From: an uncultured Bacilli bacterium
GTDB lineage: Bacteria > Bacillota_I > Bacilli_A > RF39 > UBA660
NCBI GenBank assembly: GCA_947630105.1
Contig: CANRGD010000001.1
Span: 5,749 to 69,748, forward strand
Direction: 5' to 3'
DNA: 64,000 nt
Positions 1 through 11,153 of the stretch are shown here, piece by piece. Positions within the stretch are counted from its first letter, which is position 1, and each line of letters starts with the position of its first letter. A program made the position numbers and the translations under genes. The notes under the pieces are model-generated. The model was given only the letters and a program-made list of their open reading frames with translations, was not told the DNA's origin and made no database searches.

Positions 1-539
1 GCAATTTTTCCATCATAATTAATATTTCTATAATCAATACTATCTTTATTTAAAGATGTCCCAACTATCCAGTAACCTTCTTTTTTTAAAGTTTTAATAG
101 TATTAGAAAGATTGCTAACTACTGCAATTTTCACATTATCCAAAGTCCCAGCACTAGTTTTCATAACAGTAGCATTAATAGGAGCCTGCCTATCTTTTGG
201 TAATATAATAGCTTTTATTCCTGCAGCTTCACAAGTTCTAATAATTGCTCCAACATTATGAGGATCCTCTAAATGATCTAACAAAACTATAATATTTTCA
301 TTAATAAATTCTTTAAAATTATAATATTCATAATCCGGAATAGTTAGTATTATACCTTGATGAACCCCATTAACCAAATGATCAATTTCTCTTTTTGCTT
401 TATAAGTTACCTGAAAATTACCATTTTCAATTAATGCTTTTATTTCATTGTCATCAAATCCCTCTTGCAAAATAATTTTTTTAATTTTTTTGTTACTTCC
501 TAATATTTCCTTAGCAACATTTCTTCCATAAACCAACAT
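1..539 (-). CDS. rlmB: 23S rRNA 2'-O-methyltransferase, TrmH/RlmB family (YacO-like); partial, C-terminus lies beyond the window start
   Basis: Reverse translation from 539 gives MLVYGRNVAKEILGSNKKI..., a typical RlmB N-terminus. Sits directly downstream of mrnC, as in the B. subtilis cysS-mrnC-rlmB order. Confidence 0.6.
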   Translation of the reverse strand, partial: MLVYGRNVAKEILGSNKKIKKIILQEGFDDNEIKALIENGNFQVTYKAKREIDHLVNGVHQGIILTIPDYEYYNFKEFINENIIVLLDHLEDPHNVGAIIRTCEAAGIKAIILPKDRQAPINATVMKTSAGTLDNVKIAVVSNLSNTIKTLKKEGYWIVGTSLNKDSIDYRNINYDGKI

Positions 540-540
540 A

Positions 541-915
541 TTAATCATTAATGATGAAATTCATTATTTCATCAATCCTTTCTTCTTTATTATCTAAACT
601 TAAATATCCTATCAATGCTTCTAATCCCGTCGCATACTTGTAAGTAACAATATCACAGCTTTTTGGATGACTTGTCGTTTTATAATTCCTAGCTCGCATA
701 ACAATTCGTACTTCTTCTTCCGTTAAAATTTCTTTTTCTAACATCTTTTTTAAAAAATTAGCTTGATTAGGGGCACTAACATATTTAATAGTTTCCTTTT
801 GTAAATCATTAACATTACTAATACCTTTTTTTATGAGATGAGTTCTAATATAATTTTCATAAATAGAATCTCCTAAAAAAGCTAAAACTAATACATTAAT
901 CTCTTTAACATTCAT
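541..915 (-). CDS. mrnC: Mini-ribonuclease III
   Basis: 124 aa, LAFLGDSIYE motif of the Mini-III family; positioned after cysS as in Bacillus. Confidence 0.8.
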   Translation of the reverse strand: MNVKEINVLVLAFLGDSIYENYIRTHLIKKGISNVNDLQKETIKYVSAPNQANFLKKMLEKEILTEEEVRIVMRARNYKTTSHPKSCDIVTYKYATGLEALIGYLSLDNKEERIDEIMNFIIND

Positions 916-981
916 TTAAATTCACCACCTAAAGTATATCATTAATATATCATAAAAAAAGAATTATCAAACTAATAATTC

Positions 982-2388
982 TTATAAAATTTCATAAGTA
1001 GTTCCATCAACACCATCGATAAGTTTAACCCCTTTTTTTAATAACTCATCACGTATTGCGTCTGCCTCTTTAAAATTTTTATTTTCTTTAGCTACTTTTC
1101 TTTCAGCTATTTTTTGTAAAATTTCTGCTTTAAATTCGTCTGATATATTAATATTATTTTCCTTAGTTAAGTCCAAAGATAAAACCTTATCAAAATCTTT
1201 TATTATCTCAAATTTAGTAGTTTCATTAATAGTCGTGTCTTTTAAAATATCATAAACTTTAGTAAGCATTAAAGAAGTATTAATATCATTTTCAAAAGAT
1301 TTTTTAAATTCCGTTATATACTTCTGTTTTTCTTTTTCTTCAACTTTTTCTAATTTATTAAGTGCTAGAACTTTTTTTCTTAATTTAGTTAAAGCATTCT
1401 TAGCAATATCTAAAGATTCATAATTGAAAATTAAAGAATTTCGATAATGACTATTTAAACAAAAATATCTATAATCTAATGGACTATATCCTTTTTCTTT
1501 AAGTAAAGATAATGTTAAAAACTCACCATTTGATTTACTCATCTTTCCACTTTTATCATTTAAATGAGCTCCATGGCACCAGTAATTGCACCATTTATGT
1601 CCTAAATATGCTTCACTTTGCGCAATTTCATTAGTATGATGAGGAAAAATATTGTCTACTCCACCACAATGAATATCTAAATATTCACCTAACATTTCAT
1701 AAGAGATTCCAGAACATTCAATATGCCAGCCTGGATATCCCACACCCCATGGAGAGTCCCATTTCATTATTTGGTTTTCAAATTTTGATACTGTAAACCA
1801 TAATACAAAATCTGCTGGATTTCTTTTGGCCATATCTTGAGAAACAGTATTTCTTACACCTATAAGTAAATCATCAGGATTTTTACCAGATAATTTATAA
1901 TAATCTTTTGCTTTTGAAATATCAAAATATACATTACCATTTGATATATATGCAAACCCATCATCTAACATTTTTTGAATCATTTTTATATAAGTATCAA
2001 TATGATCACTAGCTTTTTCTATTATTTTCGGAATCTTAATATTTAAATCCTTCATATCTTGTAAAAAAGCCTTAGTATAAAATTCAGCTATCTCATAAAC
2101 AGTCTTTCCTTCACGCTCAGCCCCTTTTATCATTTTATCTTCGCCAACGTCTCCATCACTTGTTAAATGACCTACATCAGTTATGTTCATAACTCTTATA
2201 ACTTCATACCCTAAATATTCAAGGCCTTTTTGTAAAATATCTTCAAAAATATATGTTCTTAAATTACCTACATGAGCATAATTATATACAGTTGGCCCAC
2301 AAGTATACATCTTTACTTTGCCTTTTTCATTTGGAACAAACTCTTCTATTTCTTTACTTAAGGTATTATATAATTTCATTTCACTCAC
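982..2388 (-). CDS. cysS: Cysteine--tRNA ligase
   Basis: 468 aa; class I aaRS with HVGN (HIGH-like) and KMSKS motifs and a zinc-binding CGPT region. Confidence 0.95.
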   Translation of the reverse strand: MSEMKLYNTLSKEIEEFVPNEKGKVKMYTCGPTVYNYAHVGNLRTYIFEDILQKGLEYLGYEVIRVMNITDVGHLTSDGDVGEDKMIKGAEREGKTVYEIAEFYTKAFLQDMKDLNIKIPKIIEKASDHIDTYIKMIQKMLDDGFAYISNGNVYFDISKAKDYYKLSGKNPDDLLIGVRNTVSQDMAKRNPADFVLWFTVSKFENQIMKWDSPWGVGYPGWHIECSGISYEMLGEYLDIHCGGVDNIFPHHTNEIAQSEAYLGHKWCNYWCHGAHLNDKSGKMSKSNGEFLTLSLLKEKGYSPLDYRYFCLNSHYRNSLIFNYESLDIAKNALTKLRKKVLALNKLEKVEEKEKQKYITEFKKSFENDINTSLMLTKVYDILKDTTINETTKFEIIKDFDKVLSLDLTKENNINISDEFKAEILQKIAERKVAKENKNFKEADAIRDELLKKGVKLIDGVDGTTYEIL

Positions 2389-2427
2389 CTACTAATAATA
2401 TATCAAATATTAGATAAAAAAGCACTA

Positions 2428-4656
2428 TCAATTTTTAATCATTAATTCTTTCGTATATTTATTTAATAATAAATCCACTTTTCTAGCTCCATATTCCTTA
2501 AAATTACTTTCCTTTTCTATTTTATCCACAATTTCTGTTAATAATTTTTTATCTAAATCAATAGTTATCTTTTCTTTTAATTTCTGTAAAATTATTTTTC
2601 TAATACTTTTTGCAGATAAATTTTCAAAAGCCACTATCTCATCAATTCTATTTAATAATTCCACACCTAAAAATTTTTTCAATTCCTCATTATTTTTTTC
2701 ATTTTCAATAAAGCCAATATTATTACTATTACTTCCTAAATTAGAAGTCATAAAAATAGTACAATTAGAAAAATCTATTTTTTCTCCACTAGATGTGTTC
2801 ATAAAACCTTCATCAAAAACTTGTAAGAATAATTTTAAGACATTTTTATTAGCTTTTTCAATTTCATCAAGCAAAATTATAGCATAAGGTCTAACTTTTA
2901 CTTTTTCTAAAATTATATCATTATTATCAAATCCTATATATCCAGGAGGAGCCCCAATAATTTTACTTATACTATGCTCTTCTTTATATTCACTCATATC
3001 TAATCTAATAAATGAATCTTCATTATATAATTGTCTAGCCATCTCTTTTACCAAAAATGTTTTTCCAACTCCACTTTTTCCAACTAATAATATAGAGGAA
3101 GGAACATTTCTATATCTTAAACTACAATTTTCTAAACAATCCACAATTTTAGTAATAGCAGTTTCTTGTCCAATTATTATTTTACTTAATTTTCTTCTAA
3201 TTTTTACATAATCTATTTTTCTTAATGTTTCAATAGGAATTTTAGTTTTTTCATAAATTACCTCATTTACTTCCTCAAATGAAACACATTTCTTTTTCTC
3301 CTCCGAAGTAGAAATAAGTAATTCCGTAAACTTATCTTCTAATTGTTGCTCTTTTTCTTTTAAAGATATGGCTAATTTATAATCATGATTAATTATAGCC
3401 TGATTCTTATCTTCTTTTATTTTATTAAGCAATAAATTTAAATTTTTGATTTTTTTATCCGCCTTACTATCTTTTAATGCTGCTTTAGAACATACTTCAT
3501 CCAATATATCTATGGCTTTATCTGGCTGCCTTCCAAATCCCATATATCTATTTGAATAATTAACAATTTGTAAAATGATATCATCAGTAATTAAAACATT
3601 ATGATAATTTTCATATGATACTTTTAAATGCTTTAAAATCTCCACAGTTTGTTCTAAATTTGGTTCAGTAATAAATATTTTCTGAAATCTTCTATCTAAT
3701 GCCTTATCTTTTTCAATAAATTTAGCATATTCTTTTTGTGTTGTCGCCCCAATTACCTTAATTTTACCTCGAGCTAAATAAGGTTTTATCAAGTTTGAAG
3801 CATCAATAGCTCCTTCTGCTCCGCCTGCTCCAACTAAAGTATGAATTTCATCAATAAACAAAATTATATCATCTCGTGCTTCTATCTCATCTATAATTTT
3901 ATTAATTCGTTCCTCAAACTCACCTCTATACTTAGTTCCTGCAACTAAAGATGCCATACTTATACTATAAATTTTCATATTTAACAACTTAGTAGGAACA
4001 TTTTTTAAAACTATTCTTCTAGTCAATTCCTCAATAATAGCCGTTTTCCCTACCCCTGCATCCCCTATTAACAAAGGATTATTTTTAGTTTTTCTTAATA
4101 AAATTTCCATTATTCTATTAATTTCTTTATCACGACCTACAACAGTATCAAAATTTTCTTTCAAACATACTTTATTTAAACAACTACCAAATTCATCTAA
4201 AAATAAACTATTATTACTTTGACTATGCTTTAACTTAAATTTTTTTAAGAATTTTTCATATAGAAAATCAACATCAATATTCATCCCCATTAAAATTCTA
4301 TTAGCAACTCCTTCTCCTTCTTCTAATAAGGAAATAAATAAGTCTTCACTTGTTACTTTTAAATTACTATCTTTTTTTGTAAGCATTGCATTTTCCAAAA
4401 CTCTTTTTAATAAAGGTGTAAGTAAAAACCATTCATTAGCAATTTTTCCCACTCCCACTATTTTTATAAGTTCATTTTTAAAACTTTCATAATTAATTTT
4501 ATATTCATTTAAAACATTAGTAATTTCTAAAGTTTTATTATGTAAAATAGCCAATAATAAATGTTCTGTTCCAACATATGGATGTTTTAACTCTTTCATT
4601 TCTTTTTTAGCTAATATAATTATTTTTTGAGCATTTTCATCAAATTTTGAAAACAT
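2428..4656 (-). CDS. clpC: ATP-dependent Clp protease ATP-binding subunit, ClpC-like
   Basis: 742 aa; Clp_N repeats and two AAA+ P-loops (GDAGVGKT and GKSGVGKT). Confidence 0.8.
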   Translation of the reverse strand: MFSKFDENAQKIIILAKKEMKELKHPYVGTEHLLLAILHNKTLEITNVLNEYKINYESFKNELIKIVGVGKIANEWFLLTPLLKRVLENAMLTKKDSNLKVTSEDLFISLLEEGEGVANRILMGMNIDVDFLYEKFLKKFKLKHSQSNNSLFLDEFGSCLNKVCLKENFDTVVGRDKEINRIMEILLRKTKNNPLLIGDAGVGKTAIIEELTRRIVLKNVPTKLLNMKIYSISMASLVAGTKYRGEFEERINKIIDEIEARDDIILFIDEIHTLVGAGGAEGAIDASNLIKPYLARGKIKVIGATTQKEYAKFIEKDKALDRRFQKIFITEPNLEQTVEILKHLKVSYENYHNVLITDDIILQIVNYSNRYMGFGRQPDKAIDILDEVCSKAALKDSKADKKIKNLNLLLNKIKEDKNQAIINHDYKLAISLKEKEQQLEDKFTELLISTSEEKKKCVSFEEVNEVIYEKTKIPIETLRKIDYVKIRRKLSKIIIGQETAITKIVDCLENCSLRYRNVPSSILLVGKSGVGKTFLVKEMARQLYNEDSFIRLDMSEYKEEHSISKIIGAPPGYIGFDNNDIILEKVKVRPYAIILLDEIEKANKNVLKLFLQVFDEGFMNTSSGEKIDFSNCTIFMTSNLGSNSNNIGFIENEKNNEELKKFLGVELLNRIDEIVAFENLSAKSIRKIILQKLKEKITIDLDKKLLTEIVDKIEKESNFKEYGARKVDLLLNKYTKELMIKN

Positions 4657-4727
4657 CTAGTAATCATCTCCTTAATATAATTCTATTTCTACTAATGTAA
4701 TTAAATCAAGAAAAGTCATACCAAAAA

Positions 4728-4760
4728 AAAAGACAAAAAAAGAAGCCCTAAAGGCTTCCC
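4728..4760 (-). terminator. Rho-independent terminator after the YfcC-family gene
   Basis: Hairpin GAAGCC-TTTA-GGGCTTC followed by a T-run when read on the minus strand. Confidence 0.4.
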
Positions 4761-4764
4761 CTTT

Positions 4765-6378
4765 CTATATTAATGCTAAAATTATAAAAATTATAAATAA
4801 GATTATTAAAAATTCTAGTAGGAATTTCCAAGCATTTTTTAACCAATCTTTATAATTAATATTTAAATAAGCAAGTACACTCATCAATACAACACTTGTT
4901 GGTCCAACTAACATAGTAAATCCATATAATGATTGGAACATAATTGCTACAATAGAATAATTATCACTATTAGTAACAACACTTGTATAATATGGAAGTA
5001 CACTTTGATATACATAAGAAGGATCAGCATTAAACAAGCTTGCTAATATACCAACCAATGCCGTAGTTGCAATATTAAATCCTTTTGATAATCCAAGAAT
5101 TGCTTTATAAATAACTAATTGGAAAGGATGATATGTAACAATTACTAGACAAGTATAAATTAAAATTACTAATACTGCTGGAGCTAAAGCTTTCTTTGCA
5201 CCTTTAATAAATCCATCAAATACATCTTCCAATTTAACTTTATAAATTATTACTAATAATAAAGTAACAATTGCAAGTGGTAAGAACATATCAGTAATTA
5301 CCCATTCTCCAAAAGGATTAACTGTTCCTAATAATTTACCAAAAAGTGGAAAATCAAATAATTCATATTCCAAAACATTTTTAGTTACATCTTCAAATAA
5401 AGTAATTCCAAAACCATTTTCTCCCCATGTAACAAATGCTAAGATAATTAATACAAATAATAGTAAGAAACTTATTACAAAAGGCCAAATTTTATGTTTG
5501 CCACCAACAATAGTAGGAACTAATTCATCATTATCATTTGTTCCATTTTCCTTAACTACAATGATATTTTCATCTTTTGTTGCGGCTTTATTATAATTTT
5601 TTGCTGCTTTCTTATTAGTAGATTGTTTCTTTGATGTTGTTTTTGAAGTTGCTTTTGTCGTTGTTTTAGAAGTTTTAACTTTCTTTTCTTTATCCTCTTC
5701 TTTTGCTTCAACTACTTCAACTTTTTTAATTGTTTTCTTTTCTAATTTAATATTATTTTTTCCATTAATTTTATGTTTTTTAATATACATAAAAGTATTA
5801 AACATTAAAACAATTAAACCAACTAATAAAATAACAAATCTAATTTCTATTTCATAGCCTATTTTTAATTGAAGTGCAGATAATAATATAGATAAATTTG
5901 TATACGCATAAGTTGATCCTGCAAGTCCAACTCCAATTGATCCAACAACAGTTAAAGCTGCTACTATTTTATCATATCCCATTAATAAGATTATAGAAAC
6001 TATCAATGGAATAAAAATAGCTAATCCAAATTGTAATCCACAAATTGAAGTTATTACAGCTAATAAAACCATAAATATTGCAATTACTAATTTACCCTTT
6101 CCTGCAAATTTCGCAACCATTTTATCAAGAAATGTGCGATAAGCTGGAATTTTATACAAAATCCCATAAAATCCACCTACAAGAACTATAAAAAATGCAA
6201 TATATCCAAAATATGATAATGATGTTAATGGATAATTAAACAAATCAAATAGTCCCATTTGAATACGTCCTTGTTCAGCATACTCACCAGAAAAATAAGC
6301 AGCAGGTATTATCCAAGTAAGTAACATAAATAACAACATTACGACAAGAACGACTTTTACTGTATTATTCTTTTTCAT
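4765..6378 (-). CDS. YfcC-family integral membrane transporter (C4-dicarboxylate anaerobic carrier superfamily) with a K/T-rich loop insertion
   Basis: 537 aa polytopic protein; N-terminus LTWIIPAAYF...FGILYKIPAY matches the YfcC pattern. Central low-complexity lysine/threonine-rich stretch. Confidence 0.55.
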   Translation of the reverse strand: MKKNNTVKVVLVVMLLFMLLTWIIPAAYFSGEYAEQGRIQMGLFDLFNYPLTSLSYFGYIAFFIVLVGGFYGILYKIPAYRTFLDKMVAKFAGKGKLVIAIFMVLLAVITSICGLQFGLAIFIPLIVSIILLMGYDKIVAALTVVGSIGVGLAGSTYAYTNLSILLSALQLKIGYEIEIRFVILLVGLIVLMFNTFMYIKKHKINGKNNIKLEKKTIKKVEVVEAKEEDKEKKVKTSKTTTKATSKTTSKKQSTNKKAAKNYNKAATKDENIIVVKENGTNDNDELVPTIVGGKHKIWPFVISFLLLFVLIILAFVTWGENGFGITLFEDVTKNVLEYELFDFPLFGKLLGTVNPFGEWVITDMFLPLAIVTLLLVIIYKVKLEDVFDGFIKGAKKALAPAVLVILIYTCLVIVTYHPFQLVIYKAILGLSKGFNIATTALVGILASLFNADPSYVYQSVLPYYTSVVTNSDNYSIVAIMFQSLYGFTMLVGPTSVVLMSVLAYLNINYKDWLKNAWKFLLEFLIILFIIFIILALI

Positions 6379-6469
6379 TTTAACCTCCCACTATAATTAT
6401 AACTAGTTAAATTTTAATTTACAAGTATTTACATTATATTTTTTATGAAAATTAAATGAATTTTTTAAT

Positions 6470-7069
6470 TTAATAACTCTTTTTTAAAACTTTTTTTAAA
6501 AAGCATTCCCCACATAATGGGACATATTCTATATTCTCATGCTTCTTATCATCAATAATAACAACTTCTCCTTCCGTAACATATTGTCCATTTAAAAGAC
6601 GAGCATTAAATTGAGCCTGATTTCCACAAGGACAAAGACTAACTGTATCCAATTCTTTAATTTCATCCGCAAGTTCAAATAATCTCTTACTTCCTGGAAA
6701 AAGTTCTCCTTTAAAATTAGTCCTTAATCCATAACAAATAATTCCTATATTTGATACTTTACTAATTTTCCATAATTCCTCAACCTGTTCAGGTTCCAGC
6801 AACTGAGCTTCATCTATCAAAATATAATCAGTCTCTAAAACTTTATTTGCATATTTTTCTGATAATAATTTCTCTCCTTTGCCTAAAAGAATATCAACTT
6901 CCATCTTAGCTCCATTTCTAGATTCTAAAAAACTACCACCTTTAGTATCAATAGCTGATTTAACTAATAAAACATTTAATCCATTTTCTTTATAATTATA
7001 TGCTCTTTGCATAATAAGCATTGATTTAGCACCTTTCATAGCACTATAATAAAACGTTAAATTTTCCAT
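6470..7069 (-). CDS. tdk: Thymidine kinase
   Basis: FYYSAMKGAKS...YNYKENG matches the Tdk N-terminus; C-terminal zinc ribbon CPCG...CGEC. Confidence 0.85.
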   Translation of the reverse strand: MENLTFYYSAMKGAKSMLIMQRAYNYKENGLNVLLVKSAIDTKGGSFLESRNGAKMEVDILLGKGEKLLSEKYANKVLETDYILIDEAQLLEPEQVEELWKISKVSNIGIICYGLRTNFKGELFPGSKRLFELADEIKELDTVSLCPCGNQAQFNARLLNGQYVTEGEVVIIDDKKHENIEYVPLCGECFLKKVLKKSY

Positions 7070-7071
7070 AT

Positions 7072-7752
7072 TTACCTCCTAAAAATTTCCTTATTTTCAG
7101 CACTTTCAATAAATTTATAAATATTAGCGGGCTTTCGTCCTACAAAATTAACCTTTTTTTCTGTATCATAAATTAAATTTAAACTTAGTAGTTTTTTTCT
7201 AAAATTACGTCTATCCAGTTTTTTATTTAAAATTAATTCATATACTTTTTGAATTTCAGGTAAAGTAAATCCCAAAGGATATAAACTACGTAAAATATCT
7301 GTTCTTAAAATTGCTATCTTTAGTTTATTAATACTATCAGTTAATATTTCATTGTGATCATAAGCAAGCGCTGGTATCTCTGTAATTGAAAACCACTCTG
7401 CGTTAGATGTCTTTAAAGTTTCTTTTAATAGTTCTACATTTTTCAAATCAACTAAACCAATATAACTAACTGCCACCATTCTTATAAGAGGAGCTCTATC
7501 TTTTTTTCCAAATACATTACACAAACGTAAATCTATATTTTTAAGTCCGGTTTTTTCAAATATTTCTCTATTTAAACCTTCCATCAAATCTTCATCATTA
7601 TATAAAGCTCCTCCAACTAAAGCCCACATCCCATTATAAGGATTATTTTTTCTTTTTATTAATAAAACTTTCACTATTCCCTTATCCACAGTAAATATTG
7701 ATGAAATCAAATGAATACCTTGATTTTTATATTTAGGATTATTAATTTCCAA
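7072..7752 (-). CDS. NUDIX hydrolase fused to a C-terminal winged-helix domain (NrtR-like)
   Basis: 226 aa; Nudix box GGALYNDEDLMEGLNREIFEKTG, followed by a C-terminal domain typical of NrtR regulators. Confidence 0.55.
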   Translation of the reverse strand: MEINNPKYKNQGIHLISSIFTVDKGIVKVLLIKRKNNPYNGMWALVGGALYNDEDLMEGLNREIFEKTGLKNIDLRLCNVFGKKDRAPLIRMVAVSYIGLVDLKNVELLKETLKTSNAEWFSITEIPALAYDHNEILTDSINKLKIAILRTDILRSLYPLGFTLPEIQKVYELILNKKLDRRNFRKKLLSLNLIYDTEKKVNFVGRKPANIYKFIESAENKEIFRR

Positions 7753-7877
7753 AAAATCACCTCACTTATTTTAAGTATATGTGTATAGTTATACACTTGT
7801 CAATATTAAAAAAAACTGTTTACAAAATATAAACAGTTTTATAAAGTTATCTTTTAAATTTCAAATGAAAAATTTTT

Positions 7878-9335
7878 CTATTTATTTCTCATAAGTGGAA
7901 ATAAAATAACATCCTTAATATTTTCAGAATTAGTAAGTAATTGAACTACTCTATCAATTCCCATTCCCCAACCACTTATTGGCGGCATACCACATTCCAT
8001 AGCAGAAATATAGTCATAATCCATTGGCATTGCTTCTTCATCACCAAGTTCTTTTAATCGAGCTTGTTCTTCTAATCTTTTCATTTGTTCTTGAGGATCA
8101 ACAAGTTCAGAATAAGCATTAATAATTTCAGCTCCATTAATAATTAATTGGAATCTATCAGTAATTTCTGGATTATCATCATTAGCTCTAGCCAAAGGAC
8201 TTAAACTAATTGGATGTTCCGTTAAAAATATAGGATTAACTATATTAACACGGGCAACTTTTTTATAAAGTTGATCAACTAAATTACCATAACCTAAATC
8301 TTCTAATGCCGTTTCTGAATCAATTTCAATTTTATCTTCTTTTATCTTCTTTAATAATTTTTCTTTTGTATCATATTCTTTTATATCAATATTACTATAT
8401 TTTAAAATTAAATCTCTAAAACTTACTGCTTCCCATTCTCCACTTAAATCTACATCTTTATCACCAACAGTAATAGTCAAAGTACCAAATAATTTCAAAA
8501 TTATATTTTGTAACATTTCTCTTAAAAATTTCATATTATCTTTATAATTATAATAAGCACAATATCCTTCAATCATTGTAAAATCTTGCAAATGAGTAGC
8601 ATCCATTCCTTCATTTCTAAAACATCTAGCTATCTCAAAAACTTTATTAAATCCCCCTACTACTGCCCTTTTTAAATATGTTTCGGGAGCAATTCTTAAA
8701 TATAAATCTATATCTAATGCATTATGATGGGTAATAAAAGGTTTTGCTGTAGCTCCACTTGCTTTATTATTTAAAATTGGTGTCTCAATTTCAATATATC
8801 CTGCTTTATCTAAATAATCACGAATTTCTTTAATAAATCTACTTCTGAATAAGAATTTCTTTTTAGCATCATCATTCATTATTAAATCTAAATATCTTTC
8901 ACGATAAATAGTTTCTATATCTTCAACACCATGAAATTTTTCTGGTAATGGTCTTAATGCTTTTCCTAAAAAAGTTATCTTACTAGCTCTAACAGTTTTT
9001 TCTCCTGTATGAGTAGTAAACACTTCTCCTTCAACTCCAATAAAATCCCCTAAATCATAATTAGTTTTGAATTCACTATAAGCTTCTTCTCCTATCATAT
9101 CTAATTTTACAGAAACTTGAATTTTTCCCTTTATATCTCCAATAGTTAAAAAACTCATTTTTCCCATTTTTCTCATCAAAACTATTCTACCAGCAATACA
9201 AACACCAGTCACACCATCTTCTAATTGACTAGCCTCATCTAATTCATAATTTATTTCAAATCGTTCAGGATAAGGATTTTTAATATTTTGTAATTTTTCT
9301 CTTCTAACTAACTCTTGTTCACTTAATTCTCTCAT
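7878..9335 (-). CDS. lysS: Lysine--tRNA ligase
   Basis: 485 aa class II aaRS with N-terminal OB-fold anticodon-binding domain. Confidence 0.95.
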   Translation of the reverse strand: MRELSEQELVRREKLQNIKNPYPERFEINYELDEASQLEDGVTGVCIAGRIVLMRKMGKMSFLTIGDIKGKIQVSVKLDMIGEEAYSEFKTNYDLGDFIGVEGEVFTTHTGEKTVRASKITFLGKALRPLPEKFHGVEDIETIYRERYLDLIMNDDAKKKFLFRSRFIKEIRDYLDKAGYIEIETPILNNKASGATAKPFITHHNALDIDLYLRIAPETYLKRAVVGGFNKVFEIARCFRNEGMDATHLQDFTMIEGYCAYYNYKDNMKFLREMLQNIILKLFGTLTITVGDKDVDLSGEWEAVSFRDLILKYSNIDIKEYDTKEKLLKKIKEDKIEIDSETALEDLGYGNLVDQLYKKVARVNIVNPIFLTEHPISLSPLARANDDNPEITDRFQLIINGAEIINAYSELVDPQEQMKRLEEQARLKELGDEEAMPMDYDYISAMECGMPPISGWGMGIDRVVQLLTNSENIKDVILFPLMRNK

Positions 9336-9346
9336 AAAACTCTCCT

Positions 9347-10054
9347 TTAATCTTTAATTACTCTTGTATGAGCTAAATAATCATGAATTCCTTTACCACT
9401 TTTACTAAACATAACCATTAATATAGTTATAAAAATAATTACGTATCCTATAGCTTCAAACAAACCTGCTCCATAAAAATAAATATATTTTGAAGAACTT
9501 AACATAAATCCAAAAGAAATCATCTCAACTAATATTGAATTAATTATTAAACTTCTAAAAATCATTTGATTCATTGAAAGTGTTTCATTTTCAGAAACAA
9601 CCCTAATTTTCATCAATTTTTTACCAATAGTTTGTCCCTTATTATATAACTGATAAATAATAAAGTAGCACACTTCTATAATAATAGTAATTAAACTTAC
9701 TGCACCATTTACCCTAGCAGATTGATAAGATAAACTTACTGCTTCTGTTGCATAAGTTTCCAAATTAATTTTTCCTTCAATATATTTATTAACAATTTCT
9801 TGAGTACTGTTATTTATTTTTTCTGCTGACTTAGAATCAACAAAAGGAAATGATATAATTGACACTATCAATGATATAATAATCGCATCTATTAAATAAG
9901 CAACTACTCTTTGAAAAAACAATGCTTTTTCTTCAGATTCTACCTTTTCTTTTTTTTCTAATTTTTCTTCTTTTTCTGTATTTTTTTCTATTTTAACATT
10001 TTCTTCTTTTTCACTTTTTTTTTCATTTTCTTTCATTAGGCAATTCCTCCTCAA
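9347..10054 (-). CDS. RDD-family membrane protein with E/K-rich N-terminus
   Basis: 235 aa; RVVAYLIDAII RDD-type motif and TM helices. Confidence 0.4.
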   Translation of the reverse strand: MRRNCLMKENEKKSEKEENVKIEKNTEKEEKLEKKEKVESEEKALFFQRVVAYLIDAIIISLIVSIISFPFVDSKSAEKINNSTQEIVNKYIEGKINLETYATEAVSLSYQSARVNGAVSLITIIIEVCYFIIYQLYNKGQTIGKKLMKIRVVSENETLSMNQMIFRSLIINSILVEMISFGFMLSSSKYIYFYGAGLFEAIGYVIIFITILMVMFSKSGKGIHDYLAHTRVIKD

Positions 10055-11009
10055 ATTTCTTTAACAATTTGATTATATCATGAATATCAGAAGTTTGATA
10101 TATTTTATTTTTTAAAACGTTTGCTCCTTCAATACCCTTTAAATACCAACCAATATGATTTCTAATTTCTAAGCTAGCAACTTTTTCACTTTTTAATTCT
10201 AACAAATATTTTAAATGCTTTAAACACATTTGAATTTTATCTTTAGGAGAAACTAATAATGTCTTTTTATTATTTAAATAAAGTAAACTATTTTTAATCA
10301 ACCATGGATTTCCAAGAACGCCTCTTCCAATCATTACCGCATCACAACCAGTTTGTTCTAACATTTTTTTTACATCTTCACAAGTTTTAATATCTCCATT
10401 GCCAATAACAGGAATATTAACATTATTTTTTACATCTTTTATTATGTTCCAATCAGCCTTACCACTATATCCCTGACTTCTTGTTCTTGGATGTACACAT
10501 ATAGCCCTAGCACCAGCTTTTTCAATCATTTTAGCATTTTCAACTGCATTTATGCTATTCAAATCCCATCCACTTCTAATTTTTACCGTTACAGGTATTG
10601 GAACTGCATCAACCACAGCCTTAACAATTTCATAAACCTTAGTTGGATTTTTCAACAAAGCAGCTCCCGCTTGAGCTCGAAGTGCTACCTTAGGAACAGG
10701 ACACCCCATATTAATATCAATTATATCAGGATGCATATTTTCATAAATGTATTTGGCTGCCTCTACAAAAGATTCTTTATCAGAGCCAAATATTTGTTGA
10801 GCTATAGGTCTTTCTTCATCTTTCATATAAAGCATATCAATAGTCTTTTTATTATTATAAGTTATTGCTTTATCACTTACCATTTCCGCATAAATAAGAC
10901 CACAACCCATTTCTTTACAAATTCTTCTAAAAGCTGAATTACAAATACCAGCCATAGGTGCTAAAACAATTTGGTTTTCTATTTGAACATCACCAATATT
11001 CCATTTCAC
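10023..11009 (-). CDS. dusB: tRNA-dihydrouridine synthase B
   Basis: 328 aa; LAPMAG...DINMGCP FMN-binding TIM-barrel motifs. Confidence 0.85.
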   Translation of the reverse strand: MKWNIGDVQIENQIVLAPMAGICNSAFRRICKEMGCGLIYAEMVSDKAITYNNKKTIDMLYMKDEERPIAQQIFGSDKESFVEAAKYIYENMHPDIIDINMGCPVPKVALRAQAGAALLKNPTKVYEIVKAVVDAVPIPVTVKIRSGWDLNSINAVENAKMIEKAGARAICVHPRTRSQGYSGKADWNIIKDVKNNVNIPVIGNGDIKTCEDVKKMLEQTGCDAVMIGRGVLGNPWLIKNSLLYLNNKKTLLVSPKDKIQMCLKHLKYLLELKSEKVASLEIRNHIGWYLKGIEGANVLKNKIYQTSDIHDIIKLLKKFEEELPNERK

Positions 11010-11153
11010 ATAATCACATCCAAAAGTATATTTAAACGGTATTCATATTATAGTACATCTTATAAAATTTAACAACATTATAAATTCTCTTTTGTTTTTA
11101 TTTAGTCATTATATAAAAAAAGAAAACATCTTTATGTTTACTTGTTTAAAAAA

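Noticed and set aside
10491-10937. 148-aa plus-strand ORF
   Set aside because: It is antisense within dusB, low complexity, and has no RBS or homology.
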